A stretch of DNA of 41,648 nucleotides from Candidatus Woesearchaeota archaeon (lineage in GTDB: Archaea > Nanobdellota > Nanobdellia > Woesearchaeales > GW2011-AR15): contig WJJD01000016.1 of NCBI GenBank assembly GCA_014729915.1, forward strand, positions 1 through 41,648, given 5' to 3'. Positions 18,910 through 29,486 of this stretch are shown piece by piece. The notes beneath the pieces were generated by a model. It worked only from the letters and a program-made list of their open reading frames with translations. It made no database searches and was not told the DNA's origin. Numbering within the stretch: position 1 is the stretch's first letter; each line of letters begins with the position of its first letter. A program made the position numbers and the translations under genes.

Positions 18910-20814
18910 TCAATAACTTTTTGCAAAGTTAATCCAGTACTTGGCTTTTTTATCGCAGTGGATACATTTCCCTTTTACATTTTTTGGAGAATCAAAAGGA
19001 ATATTTAATGTCTTGACACCTGTTGTCTTGTGCTTTATCCAGTCCTCACATTCCTCTTTTCCGCAGTGAAGTGCTTTTATCATTTTCCTGTCTCTGGCAT
19101 ATTGTTTAAATTCTTCCCAGGTTTCTGCTGTGACCTGGTTTTTTTCCATGAATTTCTTTGCTTTATTGTAAAGGTTCTCATGTATCTTATTGCTTATGGT
19201 TCTTACCTGTTCTTTCAGATCTTTTATTTTTACAAAAATCTTTTCTCCGGTGTCACGTCTTACAATCACTGCCTGATTTTTTTTTAAGTCTCTTGGGCCA
19301 ATCTCGATTCTTATCGGAACACCTTTAAGCTCCCATTCATTGAATTTCCAGCCGGGTGTGTAATCCTCCCTGTCATCTAGTTCAACTGAAAATTCATCAA
19401 GCAGTTCTTTTATTTCCTCAGCTTTTTTAAGGACTTGTTTTTTTGTTTTTTCAAACAATATCGGAACAATTACAACCTGGATCGGTGCAACCCTTGGAGG
19501 AATTACAAGGCCTTTATCATCTCCGTGCATCATTATCATTATTCCGATGCTTCGCGTTGTTATTGCCCATGAATTCTGCCAGGGATATCTTTTTTTGCTG
19601 TTCTCATCCAAAAAAATTATATCAAAGCTTTTTGCAAAATTCTGACCGAGTGCATGTGATGTTGCACCTTGTATTGCTTTGTTGTTCGGAAGAAATATCT
19701 CAACTGAAGTTGTGTAATCTGCTCCTGCAAATTTTTCTTTGTTTGATTTTTTTCCTTTAATTACTGGTATTGCATAAAGCTCTTTAAAGCAGTCTTCATA
19801 TAAATTAAGTATATCAATTACCTCCTGGTCTGCTTCTTTTTTGGTTGCAAATACAGTATGTCCTTCATGCCAAAGGAATTCCCTTGTCCTTAAGAAGGGC
19901 ACAGCATACTTGAATTCCCATCTTACAACATTGTTCCACTGGTTCAATCTTAATGGGAGATCCCTGTATGATCTTATCCATTTTTTATATGAATCATACA
20001 TTATGGTTTCAGATGTGGGTCTTACTGCTAATTTTTCGTTGAGTTTTGAGTTTCCTGCATGTGTGACCCAGGCAACCTCAGGAGAGAACCCTTCAACATG
20101 GTCCTGCTCTTTTACTAATAATTTTTCCGGGATGAACAACGGAAAATAAGCATTTTTTACTCCCATTTCTTTAAGTCTTTTATCAACATATTCCTGGACT
20201 TTTTCCCAGATGCGGTATGAATACGGACGAAACACAATGCATCCTGAGACTTGTGTATAGTCTGCCATCTCTGATTTCTGGATGACCTGTGTGTACCACT
20301 CGCTGAAATTTTCTTCTCTTGTGACATTCAGTCCTAATGTTGATTCTTTTTTCTTTTGCTTTTTTTCAAATTCAATAATTTCAGGATTAACCAGATCTAT
20401 ATAATCTTCATTTGATATCTCGATTGTTTTTTTGTGTGAGCCGGGACTGAAGTATATCTTTTTGCTCTTTAATAATGACTTATCCAGATAGGTTTTTGTG
20501 TTCATCAGGTTTCCGAATGGATAGACTGCACCTGGATTGCAATCTGCAATATCTTTGACTTCGTTTGCTGTTGCAAGCTCAAGATCTTTGTCTAATATCT
20601 TTGATAATTTTTTCTTATTTACACTTTTATCTCCGGGACCTACAACAAGGATGAATTTATTGTCTTTTGTTTTGAATAATAATGATTTAGCTATTGCATT
20701 TTGGGAAACTTTTGCTTTTTTGGCCTGTTCTTTACAGGTTTCTATTCTTTCGTGTTCAATTATCTTTATCCCGATCTCATTTTTTTCTAAAAAATCAATA
20801 ATTTTTTTTTCCAT
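18910..20814 (-). CDS. proS: Proline--tRNA ligase (archaeal/eukaryotic type) with N-terminal YbaK/ProX-family domain
   Basis: FSEWY, RPTSET, FLRTREFLW, GATSHALGQNF, C-terminal AKSY; N-terminal AKSLLF and PGAVYPFG; start 20814 (GGTGA RBS) or 20826. Confidence 0.96.
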   Translation of the reverse strand: MEKKIIDFLEKNEIGIKIIEHERIETCKEQAKKAKVSQNAIAKSLLFKTKDNKFILVVGPGDKSVNKKKLSKILDKDLELATANEVKDIADCNPGAVYPFGNLMNTKTYLDKSLLKSKKIYFSPGSHKKTIEISNEDYIDLVNPEIIEFEKKQKKKESTLGLNVTREENFSEWYTQVIQKSEMADYTQVSGCIVFRPYSYRIWEKVQEYVDKRLKEMGVKNAYFPLFIPEKLLVKEQDHVEGFSPEVAWVTHAGNSKLNEKLAVRPTSETIMYDSYKKWIRSYRDLPLRLNQWNNVVRWEFKYAVPFLRTREFLWHEGHTVFATKKEADQEVIDILNLYEDCFKELYAIPVIKGKKSNKEKFAGADYTTSVEIFLPNNKAIQGATSHALGQNFAKSFDIIFLDENSKKRYPWQNSWAITTRSIGIMIMMHGDDKGLVIPPRVAPIQVVIVPILFEKTKKQVLKKAEEIKELLDEFSVELDDREDYTPGWKFNEWELKGVPIRIEIGPRDLKKNQAVIVRRDTGEKIFVKIKDLKEQVRTISNKIHENLYNKAKKFMEKNQVTAETWEEFKQYARDRKMIKALHCGKEECEDWIKHKTTGVKTLNIPFDSPKNVKGKCIHCDKKAKYWINFAKSY

Positions 20815-20952
20815 TAGTTTCACCATTCGTCAAAATAAGAAATTGAATGTTATTTAAGAATATTTTTATGGATTTCTTGCAGAAATCCATTTGTGTTAGG
20901 AATTGTGAAAAAATAAATTACTGTCTACAGAACAGTGAAAAGTTTTGAATTC

Positions 20953-21738
20953 TTACTTATTTTTCCCTAGTTCTTTGCTTTTATTTACAGCTGCCAGAAC
21001 TGTGTTATCTATAACTTCTTTTATATCAGACTTTTCTAAGACTTTTCTTCCCTCTATTGTAGTCCCGCCGGGAGAGCTTACCATTGTTATCAACTCTTCC
21101 GGACTCAGATTTTTTTTCTGAAGAAGCTTTGCAGTTCCTAAAAAAGTCTGGACAGTGAGTTGTCTTGCAGTTTTTTCTGATAGTCCTGAATTTTTTCCGG
21201 CTAAAATAAAATAATTGATAAGCCTTGCAACAAAGGCAGGGCCTGAACCTGAAAGGCCTGTTACTGCATCAATCAGATTTTCGTCTAATTGGACTGCAAC
21301 ACCTGCTGTGTTTAACAGTTCATTTACAATTTTTTTGTCTTGCTGTGTTGCATCATCGGAAAAAGAATATCCAGCAGCCATCTCCCCTACTAAACAGGGA
21401 GTGTTTGGCATGACTCTTGCTATTCTTGAACCTGGTATTGATTCCTTTATCTGTCTTATTGTGATTCCTGCTGCAATCGAGATTACAAGACCTGAAAACT
21501 CAGAAATTTCTTTTAAGACAGGTTGAATATATTGAGGTTTTACTGCAAGAAGAATAATATCTGAATTTTTTGCAAGTTCATAATTATCATCAAACATCTT
21601 TATTCCGTATTGTTGGCTAATCATTTGTCTAGTTTTGTTGTTGACATCACTTCCTATAATCCTGTATTCTAAGTGGATAATACTTTCAATAAGCGCCTCT
21701 CCCATCTTTCCTGTTCCGATAATACCTATTGTTTTCAT
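20953..21738 (-). CDS. proC: Pyrroline-5-carboxylate reductase
   Basis: IGTGKMG, LAVKPQ, RVMPNTP, SGSGPAF, VSSPGGTT; start at MKTIG (21738). Confidence 0.96.
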   Translation of the reverse strand: MKTIGIIGTGKMGEALIESIIHLEYRIIGSDVNNKTRQMISQQYGIKMFDDNYELAKNSDIILLAVKPQYIQPVLKEISEFSGLVISIAAGITIRQIKESIPGSRIARVMPNTPCLVGEMAAGYSFSDDATQQDKKIVNELLNTAGVAVQLDENLIDAVTGLSGSGPAFVARLINYFILAGKNSGLSEKTARQLTVQTFLGTAKLLQKKNLSPEELITMVSSPGGTTIEGRKVLEKSDIKEVIDNTVLAAVNKSKELGKNK

Positions 21739-21841
21739 ATTTAGATATTTTGAAAAGTTTTGAATTATAAAAAGGATATAGCACAACTTATTAGTAATTA
21801 TTAAGATATATTTAAAAATAAGAACAAAACTACCGTTGTTT

Positions 21842-22840
21842 ATGACAAGGGATTTTTTTGATAGAATACTTGAATTACTTAAACACATAAATCCAAGTCT
21901 TTCATACTTTGACCATTGTTATTATGATATTTGTGTAATCGGTCCTCCAGGGGATTTATCAAGTGAGCTTCTTTCAATTGTTGTTCATTCAGAGAAACAT
22001 CCTTTAAAAGGTGTGGCTGGAACTTCAAATTTACAGGGAGGGTTAAGTGTAATTCTTGATGACAGGGTCTATGCAACTTTTGATTGTGATGGAAATTTAA
22101 TTGGTAGAAAAGGAGGTTCTGTTGAACGGAATCTTCAGAAATTAATCATTCCTTCTTTAATAACCGCTGTAAATAATCCTAAAAAAGCAAAAAAACAAGT
22201 GTATATTCACACTGAATACAAAAATTCAAGTGATCTGGCTGTTAATCATTATTCTGAAGATAAACTGGAAAAAAGAAAAAAAAGACTTATTACGTTAACT
22301 CGTTCAAGTTCATTAGTTCCTAATTATATTCAAAACAATAATGATTTAACAGTTGGAAATTATCTGAGGGCAGCTACAATTGTCTCAAATGTTTTATTAG
22401 AGGATAATATTGAATTGCTTAGTCCTGATAAGTTGAACAGAGTCAATCTTAAAAAATATGTTTATCAAGAGGATAAAGAAGTTTATGATTCAGAGAACAG
22501 GGATTCTGCAAGTTTTGATCTTGCAAAATATGCTGAAGAAAAGCCAAGTAATCGTACAGAAATAATTAATGGAACCTGCATGCTCTTAAGGGAAGATGAA
22601 GATGATTCAGAAAAAGGGTATAGAATCGAACTAGCTAACAGATATCCATTTACAGAAAGAAAACAAGGAAAAGATGATAAAGAAACCATGGACCATGATT
22701 TGGAACAGCTTGCTGAAAAATATTTAAATGCATATGAAGCGCTTAATAAAGCCGGATTTCCAATAAATATAGACAGGTTTACGAGAAAAATAATGTTGGG
22801 AGAATATAATCTGAATAAAGGTAGTTTATTTATTGATTAG
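21842..22840 (+). CDS. Hypothetical protein
   Basis: Long ORF divergent from proC; no motif recognised. Confidence 0.65.
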   Translation: MTRDFFDRILELLKHINPSLSYFDHCYYDICVIGPPGDLSSELLSIVVHSEKHPLKGVAGTSNLQGGLSVILDDRVYATFDCDGNLIGRKGGSVERNLQKLIIPSLITAVNNPKKAKKQVYIHTEYKNSSDLAVNHYSEDKLEKRKKRLITLTRSSSLVPNYIQNNNDLTVGNYLRAATIVSNVLLEDNIELLSPDKLNRVNLKKYVYQEDKEVYDSENRDSASFDLAKYAEEKPSNRTEIINGTCMLLREDEDDSEKGYRIELANRYPFTERKQGKDDKETMDHDLEQLAEKYLNAYEALNKAGFPINIDRFTRKIMLGEYNLNKGSLFID

Positions 22841-22920
22841 TGAATCTAAGTGTAAAATGGTGTAGGTATTTTTTTACAGTTCCTTTATTAAAGTAAGTTA
22901 AAAAACAGTGATTTTCCCTA

Positions 22921-23697
22921 TTAAAGAATTTCCACAAATCTTAACGGATGCGGAGAGGGTTTTACCTCAATTGTATCAAGCTCATTGAATTCATATTCAT
23001 TGCTTACTGAATCTGCAACAAGAATCCCCTGAAAACTTTTTATCCTGATTTTAATCTTTTGATTTTTTGATAATATTACATTTATTACTTCAGGTTTTTT
23101 ATTTAATTTACCGACATAAGGCTCTCTTACAAGCAGCTGGAAATTATCAGATTCAAGGGGCATCTTTTTTCCACCTGCAGAATCAAGCCAGGCATAACTT
23201 CCGGATGGTGTTCCAACCAGAATTCCGGAGCTTCGCTGGTACTCATTAATTTTCCTGATTTTAAGCTCGTAATTGAATAAATAATATGGCTTTCTTGGAC
23301 CAATATAAAACTCATTAAGAGCAAGATCAGGTACCGTATTTTCATTTATTTTTGTCTGGAGTCTTAAAAGTTTTAGAATCTTAAATTTACCTTTAAGGAT
23401 TTTTATAATATCTTTCTTAAACTTGTTTTTGTTGGTTCTTGTAAAAAAGCCCTCTTTTTTTTTCGGAAATTGATTCAAACCTAACTGAAGCTTGTCTTTG
23501 TTAAAATGCGATGCTCTTAAAAATGTTCCGTCACCACCTATTGTTATAATCAGATCTGTTGTTTTAAAACAGTTTTTGGCAAGCTCTGCACGATCTAAAA
23601 AATTATATCTTATATTTTTTTCAGAAAGAAACTTTTTTACGGACTTTAAAAATTTCTCAGAAATTTTTAAATGATATACAAAACAGATATGTTTCAT
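22921..23697 (-). CDS. nadK: NAD(+) kinase
   Basis: GGDGTFL, ALNE, GTPSGSYAW..SAGG. Confidence 0.92.
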   Translation of the reverse strand: MKHICFVYHLKISEKFLKSVKKFLSEKNIRYNFLDRAELAKNCFKTTDLIITIGGDGTFLRASHFNKDKLQLGLNQFPKKKEGFFTRTNKNKFKKDIIKILKGKFKILKLLRLQTKINENTVPDLALNEFYIGPRKPYYLFNYELKIRKINEYQRSSGILVGTPSGSYAWLDSAGGKKMPLESDNFQLLVREPYVGKLNKKPEVINVILSKNQKIKIRIKSFQGILVADSVSNEYEFNELDTIEVKPSPHPLRFVEIL

Positions 23698-23720
23698 AAA
23701 TTAAAGAAATAAAAAGGAAT

Positions 23721-23963
23721 TTATTTTTGTTTTGCTTTTTCTCTTGTATCTGGATAAGGTCTTTTTACTGTTATTGGAATTTTTCCTTGTGCAAATTCTC
23801 TTTTTGCAATCTCTAAAGGTCTATATTTGATCTCTTCAAGTTCCTCTTCTGTCATCTCTATCAGGAGAGGTGCACCGGATGCTATCTGCAGGGCTCTACT
23901 CCCAATCATTCTTGCTTTTTCAAACTTTGTATATTTCTTTTCCTTTTTTTTTTTCTTTGCCAT
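23721..23963 (-). CDS. rpoK: RNA polymerase subunit K (Rpo6)
   Basis: YTKFEKARMIGSRALQIASGAP. Confidence 0.97.
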   Translation of the reverse strand: MAKKKKKEKKYTKFEKARMIGSRALQIASGAPLLIEMTEEELEEIKYRPLEIAKREFAQGKIPITVKRPYPDTREKAKQK

Positions 23964-23969
23964 TTTAAA

Positions 23970-24746
23970 TCACTTTTTCATGATTTTCCTGATCTCTTCT
24001 GATTTTTCAAGGGCAAGATCTATCATCTTTTCAATATCCTCAAGTGATAATGGTTCGTCTCCTGCTTTCTGCAGAGAGCATATTTTCTTATCCTTTGTTG
24101 TAGTTATAGTCAATCTGGAATCAAGAACCTTTTCTTCTTCAACTAAAGGATCCACAATAAAATGCTTTCCAATCTTTAATACTGTTATTGGTATAGGAGT
24201 CTTTTTTATTGAAAGTTTTGTTTTTGTAAGGCTCTTATAATCGACATTCTCACCTTTTCTTGACGGATATCTTGCAGTCTTTAATGCAATGATTGCAGCA
24301 AGGCCAGCTGCATCTAAAATATTTCCGGCATGGTTTAGAGTACAGATATCAATCGCTACAATCCATACAAGCTCTCCTTTTTTGACACAGAGTTTTTTCA
24401 TGTCAAGTGCTCCTGATTCTCTTATGCCCCTGTCAACAACTCTTGCTATCTCAATTGCATCAATTCCAGGAGGTCCCGGCTCAAAATCAGGAGAACTCAT
24501 TGGCAAAAGCTCTGTGTTTACAGTTATTGTCCCCTGGTCCAGTTTATCCGGATAGGGTTTTCCAAGCTCAAATTTAACTCCGACTAAAACGTCTGTTTTT
24601 CCGATTTTTACTCTGCATGAACCTTCGGCAGTTTTGATACAGTCAGGCTCAATGCTCACTTTCCTGAACTCTGTGAGTTTCCTGTTATCGTAACGTGTAT
24701 TACTGTTAAGATATTTTTCAATGTGTTTTTTTAATTCTTTATTCAT
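23970..24746 (-). CDS. rrp42: Exosome subunit Rrp42
   Basis: AEGS..VKIGKT, PYPD, FEPGPP, EIARVVDRGIRES. Confidence 0.96.
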   Translation of the reverse strand: MNKELKKHIEKYLNSNTRYDNRKLTEFRKVSIEPDCIKTAEGSCRVKIGKTDVLVGVKFELGKPYPDKLDQGTITVNTELLPMSSPDFEPGPPGIDAIEIARVVDRGIRESGALDMKKLCVKKGELVWIVAIDICTLNHAGNILDAAGLAAIIALKTARYPSRKGENVDYKSLTKTKLSIKKTPIPITVLKIGKHFIVDPLVEEEKVLDSRLTITTTKDKKICSLQKAGDEPLSLEDIEKMIDLALEKSEEIRKIMKK

Positions 24747-25456
24747 TTTTTAGCACCCTGAATCTCAAATTTCTTTTTTAATGCTTTTTTCTGTATTTCA
24801 TTGATCTTTAATAATGGTTCTTTTATGATTTTCAATGCATTTAGAAGTGTCTTTTTGTCAATGATTCCGTCCATTTGAAGTAATGTTATTTCACCTGTAC
24901 TTGGTATCATTGCAACAGGAATGTCAGAAACTTCTGCATCCAATGCTTCTTCTTCATAATCAAGATCAACAACTATCTTATCATCCACTTTTCCTACTGA
25001 GACCGCCGAAATTAGATCTGTCATGACAATTCCAGCGTCAGCCAGAGCCATTGAAGCAGCACAGATTCCTGCACATCTTGAACCTGCATCTGTTTGTGAT
25101 AATTCAACAAACACATCAACAACTGTGTTCGGATATGAATCAAGATCAAGAACAGGAAGCAATGCTTTTTCTGTTACCATAGAAATTTCTTTACTTCTTC
25201 TTGAAGGTCCCGGTCTTACACGATCTCCGCTTCCCGAAAAAGGCATCATGTTATAATTGCACCTTAACATTGCCTTTGTCGGATCCTGTAGAAAACTTGG
25301 ATAAAGCTCTCTCGGTCCGTAAACAGAAGAATACGCCTCTGTTTTACCTATCTTAAAATATGCTGAGCCTCTCGCATTAGGAATGATTCCGACTTTTGCT
25401 TCAATTTTTCTGAGCTCATGAAAATCTCTTCCGTCTACTCTTTTCTTATAAGACAT
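24743..25456 (-). CDS. rrp41: Exosome exonuclease Rrp41
   Basis: RVDGR, VYGPRE, YNMMPFS, GPSRRSKEIS, DAGSRCA. Confidence 0.97.
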   Translation of the reverse strand: MSYKKRVDGRDFHELRKIEAKVGIIPNARGSAYFKIGKTEAYSSVYGPRELYPSFLQDPTKAMLRCNYNMMPFSGSGDRVRPGPSRRSKEISMVTEKALLPVLDLDSYPNTVVDVFVELSQTDAGSRCAGICAASMALADAGIVMTDLISAVSVGKVDDKIVVDLDYEEEALDAEVSDIPVAMIPSTGEITLLQMDGIIDKKTLLNALKIIKEPLLKINEIQKKALKKKFEIQGAKK

Positions 25457-26152
25457 TTATTTCACCTTCTCTGATTTTATAAATTCGTTGATCCTGTTTG
25501 TTAGTCCTGAAACATGACTTTCTTTTTCTATTATTTTTATTGCTTCTGATGCAATGTATTCATCTTCAGGTTCACCTTTTATCCAGATGACTCCGTTTTG
25601 TCCGACAATTATATTACATTTTGTAGAATTTTTTATCATCGAAACCATCGATCCCCTTTTTCCAATTATTCTAGGAACCTTTGTCGGATCAATAATCACT
25701 ATTCTTCCGCTGTTTAATTTTTTTAATCCAGGTCCTTTCATAGATAGGTCTATCAAATTCTGGCTTGTAACATTTGTAATTTTTGTTAAAATAAAATCTC
25801 CGACTTCAAAATATTTTGTAAGGTCGGCTCCTTTAGGGATGTAGTCTGATGACGCATCCTTCATAGAAAGCATTGCAACATACGCAGAGTTTGTCTCAAC
25901 CCTCCATCCTGAAAAATTAATATCTTTAATTTTTCCGATGATAACATCCCCTTTTTTCGGAAGATATTTTCCTGAAAGCGGTATTAATTTAATTACTTTC
26001 CCGTCAATTCGGACTAAACCTAATTTTGAGGATAATATATTTTCTTTTAGTCTGTATGTCCCGTGGCTGGGCAGATAATTCATTCCCTGTGCCAGCAGTT
26101 CTCCCGGAACTACAATATCATTATCTGATACTTTTAATTTTGATTTATTCAT
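25457..26152 (-). CDS. rrp4: Exosome RNA-binding protein Rrp4
   Basis: VVPGE, YLPKKGD, KVPRIIGKRGSM, VGQNGVIW; ATG26152 follows AGGTGA RBS. Confidence 0.95.
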   Translation of the reverse strand: MNKSKLKVSDNDIVVPGELLAQGMNYLPSHGTYRLKENILSSKLGLVRIDGKVIKLIPLSGKYLPKKGDVIIGKIKDINFSGWRVETNSAYVAMLSMKDASSDYIPKGADLTKYFEVGDFILTKITNVTSQNLIDLSMKGPGLKKLNSGRIVIIDPTKVPRIIGKRGSMVSMIKNSTKCNIIVGQNGVIWIKGEPEDEYIASEAIKIIEKESHVSGLTNRINEFIKSEKVK

Positions 26153-26165
26153 ATTTTTCACCTTT

Positions 26166-26885
26166 TCATTCACTAATCACTTTAGATTCAATCTCACCAT
26201 GAGTGAGCTTGTTCAATTTGTCAAAAAACTCATTTTGAATCCCTGCAGGAATCTCAACATTACAGACCCATGAACCATCTGTCTGCCAGTTGTCAAATTT
26301 TATTTTTGCCATACGATCTACAACAGAATATGCTTTTGGAGCGTGTTTTGGCCCGATTTTGATCTGAATTTCTTTTTTTGAAAATTTAATCGGAATTATG
26401 GGTCTAAGATCAGTTACTATGTCATCAACCTGGCTCTCTGCATCTTTTATCTCATCAATTTTTATATTGGCTTCTTCAAAAGCAGCTTCAATTCTTGTTT
26501 TCGGGTGAGGCAGTTTTGTCTGGGGATCAATTGCATTTCTTGTTATTATGTCAATTATTCTTTTTTTCTTTTCTTTTCTTATCTTGTCCCTGTATTCCTG
26601 TGTGAACTGTATCTCGCCCTTGTCCAGAATGTTTTTACCCACCTGGATGGGATCAGATGTGCCAAAGATTGATTTCAGATCTTTTTCTGAAGCTAAGAAT
26701 CCTTTTTTAGCATCACTAAATATTTTTTCATATCTTAAGATTTCTCTGGTTTCAACTTTTTTTTTTTCTTTGAATTCTATTATTTTATCAGGATCGATTA
26801 TCACTTCAAATGTTTGACCTCCCTTCTTAATTTTTGCCAGGTTGAATTTCACCTGCTCTTTGTCAAAGGTTTTTGTAGGCCTCAT
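26166..26885 (-). CDS. Ribosome assembly factor SBDS/SDO1
   Basis: IFSDAKKG, GEIQFT.EYR, PHP..RIE. Confidence 0.95.
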   Translation of the reverse strand: MRPTKTFDKEQVKFNLAKIKKGGQTFEVIIDPDKIIEFKEKKKVETREILRYEKIFSDAKKGFLASEKDLKSIFGTSDPIQVGKNILDKGEIQFTQEYRDKIRKEKKKRIIDIITRNAIDPQTKLPHPKTRIEAAFEEANIKIDEIKDAESQVDDIVTDLRPIIPIKFSKKEIQIKIGPKHAPKAYSVVDRMAKIKFDNWQTDGSWVCNVEIPAGIQNEFFDKLNKLTHGEIESKVISE

Positions 26886-27607
26886 TTTTTCTTGATAATC
26901 TCACTGATCTTTTTGGAATCCATCCTTGTAAATGATCTCTTATCCGTACTGATGTATGATGCATCAACCCTGTCACTGTTAATTTCATCTCCAATGACCT
27001 TTTTTAAAGCATTGATTGCAAGCTTTAATGCTTCTTCAATTGTTAGTGTCTCTTTATATTCTTTGTAGAGTATCTCTTCGATTTCATTTCCATGTTCTCC
27101 AATCACTGTTGCCTTGTATTGGAAATAGATTCCTGTGGGATCTGTTTCAAACAGCTTTGGTTCATTATTATTATCTACTCCTCCGAGAAGAAGTGATACA
27201 CCGAAAGGTCTTAATCCTCCGCTCTGCGTGCACATCTGCTTTAAGTCACAGATGCTTTTTACAACACTTATTATATCAATGGGTGTATCATAAGTCACCC
27301 TGTGTTGTTGTGCTCTTATCTGGCCCCTGTCAATCAATACTCTGGAATCACTTAATATTCCGGATGCTGTTGCCATTATGTGCTCATCAATCTTCCAGAT
27401 CTTTTCTACTGCTTCTGGAACAATCAGCTTGTCAACAATTCTTTTATCTGTAACAAATAATACTCCGTCTTTGCAGACAAATCCCATAGCGGTTGATCCC
27501 TGTCTTACTGTTTTTTTAGCATATTCCACCTGAAGGAGCCTTCCGTCAGGAGAAAACATTGTAATTGCTCTGTCATATCCCATTACTTGATGCGGCATTG
27601 GTTGCAT
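26882..27607 (-). CDS. psmA: Proteasome subunit alpha
   Basis: GYDRAITMFSPDGRLLQVEYA, RPFGVSLL, TDPTG; ATG27607 after GAGGTGA RBS. Confidence 0.98.
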   Translation of the reverse strand: MQPMPHQVMGYDRAITMFSPDGRLLQVEYAKKTVRQGSTAMGFVCKDGVLFVTDKRIVDKLIVPEAVEKIWKIDEHIMATASGILSDSRVLIDRGQIRAQQHRVTYDTPIDIISVVKSICDLKQMCTQSGGLRPFGVSLLLGGVDNNNEPKLFETDPTGIYFQYKATVIGEHGNEIEEILYKEYKETLTIEEALKLAINALKKVIGDEINSDRVDASYISTDKRSFTRMDSKKISEIIKKK

Positions 27608-27706
27608 TTTATAGGTCACCTCGAAACTTTGTTTTTGGTCATGGGTTTTGTGTACTTAGCTGTAAGAACCCATAACTGATAAAAAAGTGAACTTGTGTTC
27701 ACTTTT

Positions 27707-28054
27707 TTATAAATATCTTGATTTAGCTTTTTTAATCATACCGGATACTCCGATACAATTGATTATAACTTTAATGTTGTCAATCTTTTTTATTATTGAT
27801 AAACTGAAACGGACCTGGTCAACAAATTTATGATTTACCCGAATCATTCCTCTCTTAAGGTCTTTATTAAAATTCTCTTTGAGAACAACTATTCCTGCTC
27901 TACCCAATCCAATTGATCCAAATAGTTTTTCAAATGAGTCAAGAATTTTCTTGTAAATCTTTTTCTCTGGAATTTTTTTTTCAGATATGATTTCAAAGAC
28001 CATATACCTTTTTTTCTCTTTTAAAGAGGGTAAAAGAGGTTTATTTGCTTTCAT
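27707..28054 (-). CDS. rnp2: RNase P protein component 2 (Pop5/Rpp14)
   Basis: LPSLKEKKRYMVF, GVSGMIKKA; synteny with psmA. Confidence 0.93.
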   Translation of the reverse strand: MKANKPLLPSLKEKKRYMVFEIISEKKIPEKKIYKKILDSFEKLFGSIGLGRAGIVVLKENFNKDLKRGMIRVNHKFVDQVRFSLSIIKKIDNIKVIINCIGVSGMIKKAKSRYL

Positions 28055-28189
28055 TATAATTTTAATGGAGAAATATCATTCTTCTTTTTTCTCTCCCGAT
28101 ATTTTGGATTATTAAGATATTTATAAAAGTTACTGAGAATGAATTGAAAAAACTTATATATTTTTATTATTTAAGTAAAAATTTGAAAA

Positions 28190-29485
28190 ATGGTTATATC
28201 TCATCAGGCAAAAATTCTTAATGATTTGATAAAAAATGCAAATCAGGGTGTTTATGATCTTCTCTCTGTAAAAGGTAAAGGGATATATTTTCCTTCAGGA
28301 GGAATATTAGCCCAGGCAGGAGAAGCAAAAGAAAAAAACATTAATGCTACTATAGGACAGGCAATAGATGATGACGGTTCGCCTATGAGGGTTAAGGCGA
28401 TTGACAAAAACATCATGTTACCTCCTGAAGATGCATTTTTTTATACTTCCAGTTTTGGAAAGCCTGAATTAAGGAGAAAATGGAAGGAGCTAATCCTTAA
28501 AAAAAATCCTTCTCTTAGTTCAAAAATCAGTATTCCTGTCGCAACAAATGCTTTAACACATGCATTAAGTATTGCAGGATATATGTTTGTTGATCCGAAA
28601 GATAGGATAATACTTGCTGATAAATTCTGGGGAAATTATAAGTTGATATTTACAAATGGATTTTCAGGAATCCTTGATACTTTCAACACTTTTAAAGACA
28701 ATGGTTTTGATACAGAAGCATTTTCAGAAGTTCTTTTAAGCGGACCCGGAAAAAAAATTGTGCTTTTGAATTTTCCTAACAATCCTTCCGGCTATACACC
28801 AACTGAAAAAGAAGCCCAAAAGATCATAGATATTTTAAAAAATGCAGCTGACAATGGAGAAAAGATTGTTGTTTTGCTTGATGATGCTTATTTTGGTCTT
28901 GTTTATGAAGAAGGGATATACACGGAGTCATTGTTCTCAAAGATTGCAGATCTTCATAAAAATATTCTTGCTGTAAAAATTGACGGTCCAACTAAAGAAG
29001 ATTATGTGTGGGGATTCAGGATAGGCTTTATAACTTTCGGAATTAAAAAAGGTAATAATGAATTGTATTCTGCTCTTGAAAACAAAACTGCTGGAGCAAT
29101 CAGGGGAAATATTTCAAATGCCTGCCATCTTTCTCAGAGCCTGCTTTTGGAGGCTTATAATAATCCAAAATATGATCGGCAGAAAAAACAGAATTACGTT
29201 GTTTTAAAATCACGCTATGAAAAAGTAAAAGAGGTTTTAAAAAATCAAAAGTATACTGAATATTTTCGATCTCTTCCCTATAACTCTGGATATTTTATGT
29301 GTGTGAAGATCAATGAAAATATTGATGCAGAAAAATTAAGAAGAGTACTTTTGGAAAAATATTCAACAGGTATCATTGTTATGGGAAATATTGCAAGGAT
29401 TGCTTATTCTGCAGTATCTAAAGAAAAGATACAAGACCTTTTTTCAAATCTATTTAAAGCTTGTAAAGAAGTAATGGAGGGATAA
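28190..29485 (+). CDS. PLP-dependent class I/II aminotransferase
   Basis: NATIG, NFPNNPSGY, DDAYFG, DGPTKEDYVWGFRIG. Confidence 0.92.
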   Translation: MVISHQAKILNDLIKNANQGVYDLLSVKGKGIYFPSGGILAQAGEAKEKNINATIGQAIDDDGSPMRVKAIDKNIMLPPEDAFFYTSSFGKPELRRKWKELILKKNPSLSSKISIPVATNALTHALSIAGYMFVDPKDRIILADKFWGNYKLIFTNGFSGILDTFNTFKDNGFDTEAFSEVLLSGPGKKIVLLNFPNNPSGYTPTEKEAQKIIDILKNAADNGEKIVVLLDDAYFGLVYEEGIYTESLFSKIADLHKNILAVKIDGPTKEDYVWGFRIGFITFGIKKGNNELYSALENKTAGAIRGNISNACHLSQSLLLEAYNNPKYDRQKKQNYVVLKSRYEKVKEVLKNQKYTEYFRSLPYNSGYFMCVKINENIDAEKLRRVLLEKYSTGIIVMGNIARIAYSAVSKEKIQDLFSNLFKACKEVMEG

Positions 29486-29486
29486 T

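Noticed and set aside
21739..21888. N-terminal extension of ProC
   Set aside because: Spans the divergent promoter; family start is MKTIGIIG
23721..28054. Exosome-proteasome superoperon as a novelty
   Set aside because: Well-known archaeal cluster; only the linkage to rpoK is a minor variation
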